Shown: one piece after another, positions 62,015 to 64,000 of the stretch
Numbering within the stretch: the stretch's first letter is position 1
How the letters are laid out: each line of letters opens with the position of its first letter
Assembly (NCBI GenBank): GCA_963581435.1
Contig: CAUZOL010000001.1
Location: 4,731 to 68,730 of the forward strand
Length of the DNA: 64,000 nucleotides
Source: Planctomycetota bacterium
GTDB lineage: Bacteria > Planctomycetota > Planctomycetia > Planctomycetales > Planctomycetaceae
Direction of reading: 5' to 3'
Program-made: the position numbers and the translations under genes
The notes under the pieces: generated by a model
The model's input: the letters and a program-made list of their open reading frames with translations, nothing else
What the model was told of the DNA's origin: nothing
The model's database searches: none

Positions 62015-62992
62015 ATGTCTCGCCAGAATCTGAAGAAGCTCCACGACGGCGATACGGTCGATGAAATCTACCTGCTTTCCGATAAGCAGCTTCGCGCCAA
62101 CCGCAACGCAAATCTCTATCTGCTTGCCCAATTACGGGATAGCAGCGGACAGATGAACGGGCTGATGTGGAATGTGACCGAGGATTCGGTCGCCCACATG
62201 AACGCTGGCGATTTCGTTAAGGTGAAAGGCAAGGTGCAGCTGTACCAGGGGGCGCTGCAGATGATTGTGGCGGGTATCAGCTCGGTTCCTGCCGACGGTC
62301 TCGATGTCAACGATTTCTACCCGCAAACCGGCGAAAAAGTTGAGGAACTCAGCGCGCGGCTCACCGAAATTCTGCTGGAAATTGAAGACCCGGACATCCG
62401 AATCCTGATGGAATGCTATCTGGCCGACGAGCCGCTGATGCGCAGCGTCTGCCGGGCACCGGCCGGTGTGAAGACGCACCACGCCCATTACGGCGGTCTG
62501 ATCGAACATATCGTCAACATTGCGGAGTCGGCGCTCAAAATTCGCGACCTGTACCCGGCCGTCGATTTGAGCCTGTTACTGGCCGGCGTGTTTTTGCACG
62601 ACCTTGGCAAAGTCCGAGAAATGGCCTACGAGAATTCTTTCATCTACACCGACGAGGGACAACTGCTCGGCCATCTGGTGATAGGCGTCGAAATGCTGAA
62701 CGAGAAACTGGCGGACTTCGACCAGCGGACCGGTAAACCATTTCCTGAGGAAGCGGCGCTGCGGATCAAGCACATGATTGTCAGCCATCACGGCAGCTAC
62801 GAGTTCGGCAGCCCGAAACTGCCGATGACGCCCGAGGCAATCGCGCTGCATCATCTGGACAATCTCGATGCCAAGGTGAATGAATTCGCCCGCGAAATCG
62901 ACGAAGATCCCGTCGCCGATTCCCATTGGACCCCATTCAACCCACGGATTTCGCGAAAACTGTTCAAAGGCCATCGCGCCGACGAAGTGTGA
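62015..62992 (+). CDS. yhaM: OB-fold + HD-domain 3'-5' exoribonuclease (YhaM family)
   Basis: N-terminal OB region (YLLAQLRDSSGQMNGLMWN), then HD motifs HHAHYGGLIEH and FLHDLGK. Confidence 0.8.
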   Translation: MSRQNLKKLHDGDTVDEIYLLSDKQLRANRNANLYLLAQLRDSSGQMNGLMWNVTEDSVAHMNAGDFVKVKGKVQLYQGALQMIVAGISSVPADGLDVNDFYPQTGEKVEELSARLTEILLEIEDPDIRILMECYLADEPLMRSVCRAPAGVKTHHAHYGGLIEHIVNIAESALKIRDLYPAVDLSLLLAGVFLHDLGKVREMAYENSFIYTDEGQLLGHLVIGVEMLNEKLADFDQRTGKPFPEEAALRIKHMIVSHHGSYEFGSPKLPMTPEAIALHHLDNLDAKVNEFAREIDEDPVADSHWTPFNPRISRKLFKGHRADEV

Positions 62993-63046
62993 CGGCATAC
63001 AGTCGTCATTCTCAATATCGAATCGCAACGTGAAACCGCGAGAACA

Positions 63047-63118
63047 TTTGGCCGCCCCGCTTGCGGGGCGTGTCGATGACAATTTGATTCCACACACGGG
63101 GCAAGCCCCGCGGCTCAG
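63047..63118. repeat. family-E composite palindromic repeat, copy 2
   Basis: The left 22 nt and right 23 nt are essentially identical to E1; the centre is unrelated. Lies 55 nt after the yhaM stop. Confidence 0.85.
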
Positions 63119-63188
63119 TCGATTCACGCCGCACATGGACGTCTCGATTCAGAAAACAAGCGACCGCCTCAAGCCACGCTGAGATCAC

Positions 63189-64000
63189 ATGAACAAACTT
63201 GAACAACAAATTCTCGACTTCATTTCCGACCCCGACTACAAGCCGGTCAAGCGGAACAAGCTGTCGAGTCGCCTGAATCTCGCCGATAAGCTGGTCGCCC
63301 GACACAACGTGGCACTGCAATCGTTAATCGATGCCGGCAAGGTCTTCGAAAACAAACGCGGGCGGCTGAAGTTGAAGTCGGCCCTGCAGACGATTGCCGG
63401 CGTGATCAAACGCACGTCGAGCGGCGCGGGGTTTGTCATTCCGCACGACCGGCCGTCTGATGGCAGGAAAGGCGACATTTACGTCGCACCGGCCGACATG
63501 GGTGACGCCTACAGCGGCGATGAAGTCCTGGTGCAACTGCTGAAAGGTGGCGGTCACGGTGGGCGACGGACGGGGCGCATCGAAGAGGTCGTCGAGCGAG
63601 CCACAAGCACGTTTGTCGGCACCTATTTTGAGGATGGAGGAAATGGCTTCGTCCGCGTAGACGGCACAACGTTCAACGACCCGATATTTGTGGGCGATCC
63701 GGGGGCCAAAGGGGCGCAACCCGACGACAAAGTCGTCATTGAGATGGTGCGATTTCCGACGCACTTCCAGGCCGGCGAAGCTGTGCTGACAACAGTGCTG
63801 GGGGCCCGCGGTGAAGTCCGCATCGACACGCTGTCCATCGTCCACGAATTCGGACTCCCCACCGAATTCAGCGACGACGTTCTGGCCGAAGCCCATCGCC
63901 AGGCCGACGAGTTCGACGAAACGAATCTCTCCGACCGTCGCGATTTGACCGGCGAAACGATCGTCACCATTGACCCGGCAGATGCCCGAGATTTCGACGA
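63189..64000 (+). CDS. rnr: ribonuclease R, N-terminal part (runs off the window)
   Basis: Not in the ORF track because it has no stop in the window. My own translation from ATG 63189 stays open to the end and finishes ...GETIVTIDPADARDFDD, the start of the RNB domain. Confidence 0.85.
   Translation, partial: MNKLEQQILDFISDPDYKPVKRNKLSSRLNLADKLVARHNVALQSLIDAGKVFENKRGRLKLKSALQTIAGVIKRTSSGAGFVIPHDRPSDGRKGDIYVAPADMGDAYSGDEVLVQLLKGGGHGGRRTGRIEEVVERATSTFVGTYFEDGGNGFVRVDGTTFNDPIFVGDPGAKGAQPDDKVVIEMVRFPTHFQAGEAVLTTVLGARGEVRIDTLSIVHEFGLPTEFSDDVLAEAHRQADEFDETNLSDRRDLTGETIVTIDPADARDFD

Overview
This is a chromosomal, moderately GC-rich 64-kb segment that reads like a Planctomycetota (Planctomycetia-type) genome. 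Supporting this: a DUF1559/H-X9-DG-type protein, a YTV-like repeat protein, a large membrane Ser/Thr kinase, many signal-peptide or lipobox proteins of unknown function, and intergenic spacers packed with GC-rich palindromic repeats. I support about 50 protein genes on both strands, mostly housekeeping or metabolic. They include: (1) a same-strand block of M42 and M20 peptidases followed by gpgS, two GT-B glycosyltransferases, a HAD hydrolase and a GH13_18 phosphorylase, which looks like a glucosylglycerate/mannosylglucosylglycerate compatible-solute locus; (2) rpmA; (3) tdh-kbl-SDR; (4) an APP1-like phosphatase, ggt and Mn-SOD; (5) a GT2 plus a BshC-like protein; (6) SGNH-fetA-fetB; (7) two CNNM/DUF21-CBS paralogues; (8) thiC and a PfkB kinase; (9) an FtsQ-like POTRA protein; (10) a penicillin-acylase / enolase-superfamily / prolyl-aminopeptidase block; (11) a HEAT+BNR protein; (12) a class-II cytochrome c lipoprotein; (13) a GGQ release-factor-like protein, STAS plus DUF58, proS, yhaM and the 5' part of rnr. 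I recognised no rRNA, tRNA, CRISPR array, transposase, integrase or phage gene. I cannot point to one clear-cut new multi-gene system. The signals not explained by ordinary annotation are: (a) at least six families of structured palindromic repeats, nearly all within about 60 nt downstream of stop codons, one of which (family F) shows compensatory stem changes; (b) an imperfect heptanucleotide tandem repeat inside the first 20 codons of the HEAT/BNR gene; (c) the GT2 + BshC-like pair; (d) an atypical DUF1559 protein with a triplicated P[RK]GLW motif; (e) a GGQ protein with an HTH-like tail next to a STAS/DUF58 pair lacking MoxR. All functional calls come from motifs read by eye. No database search was run.
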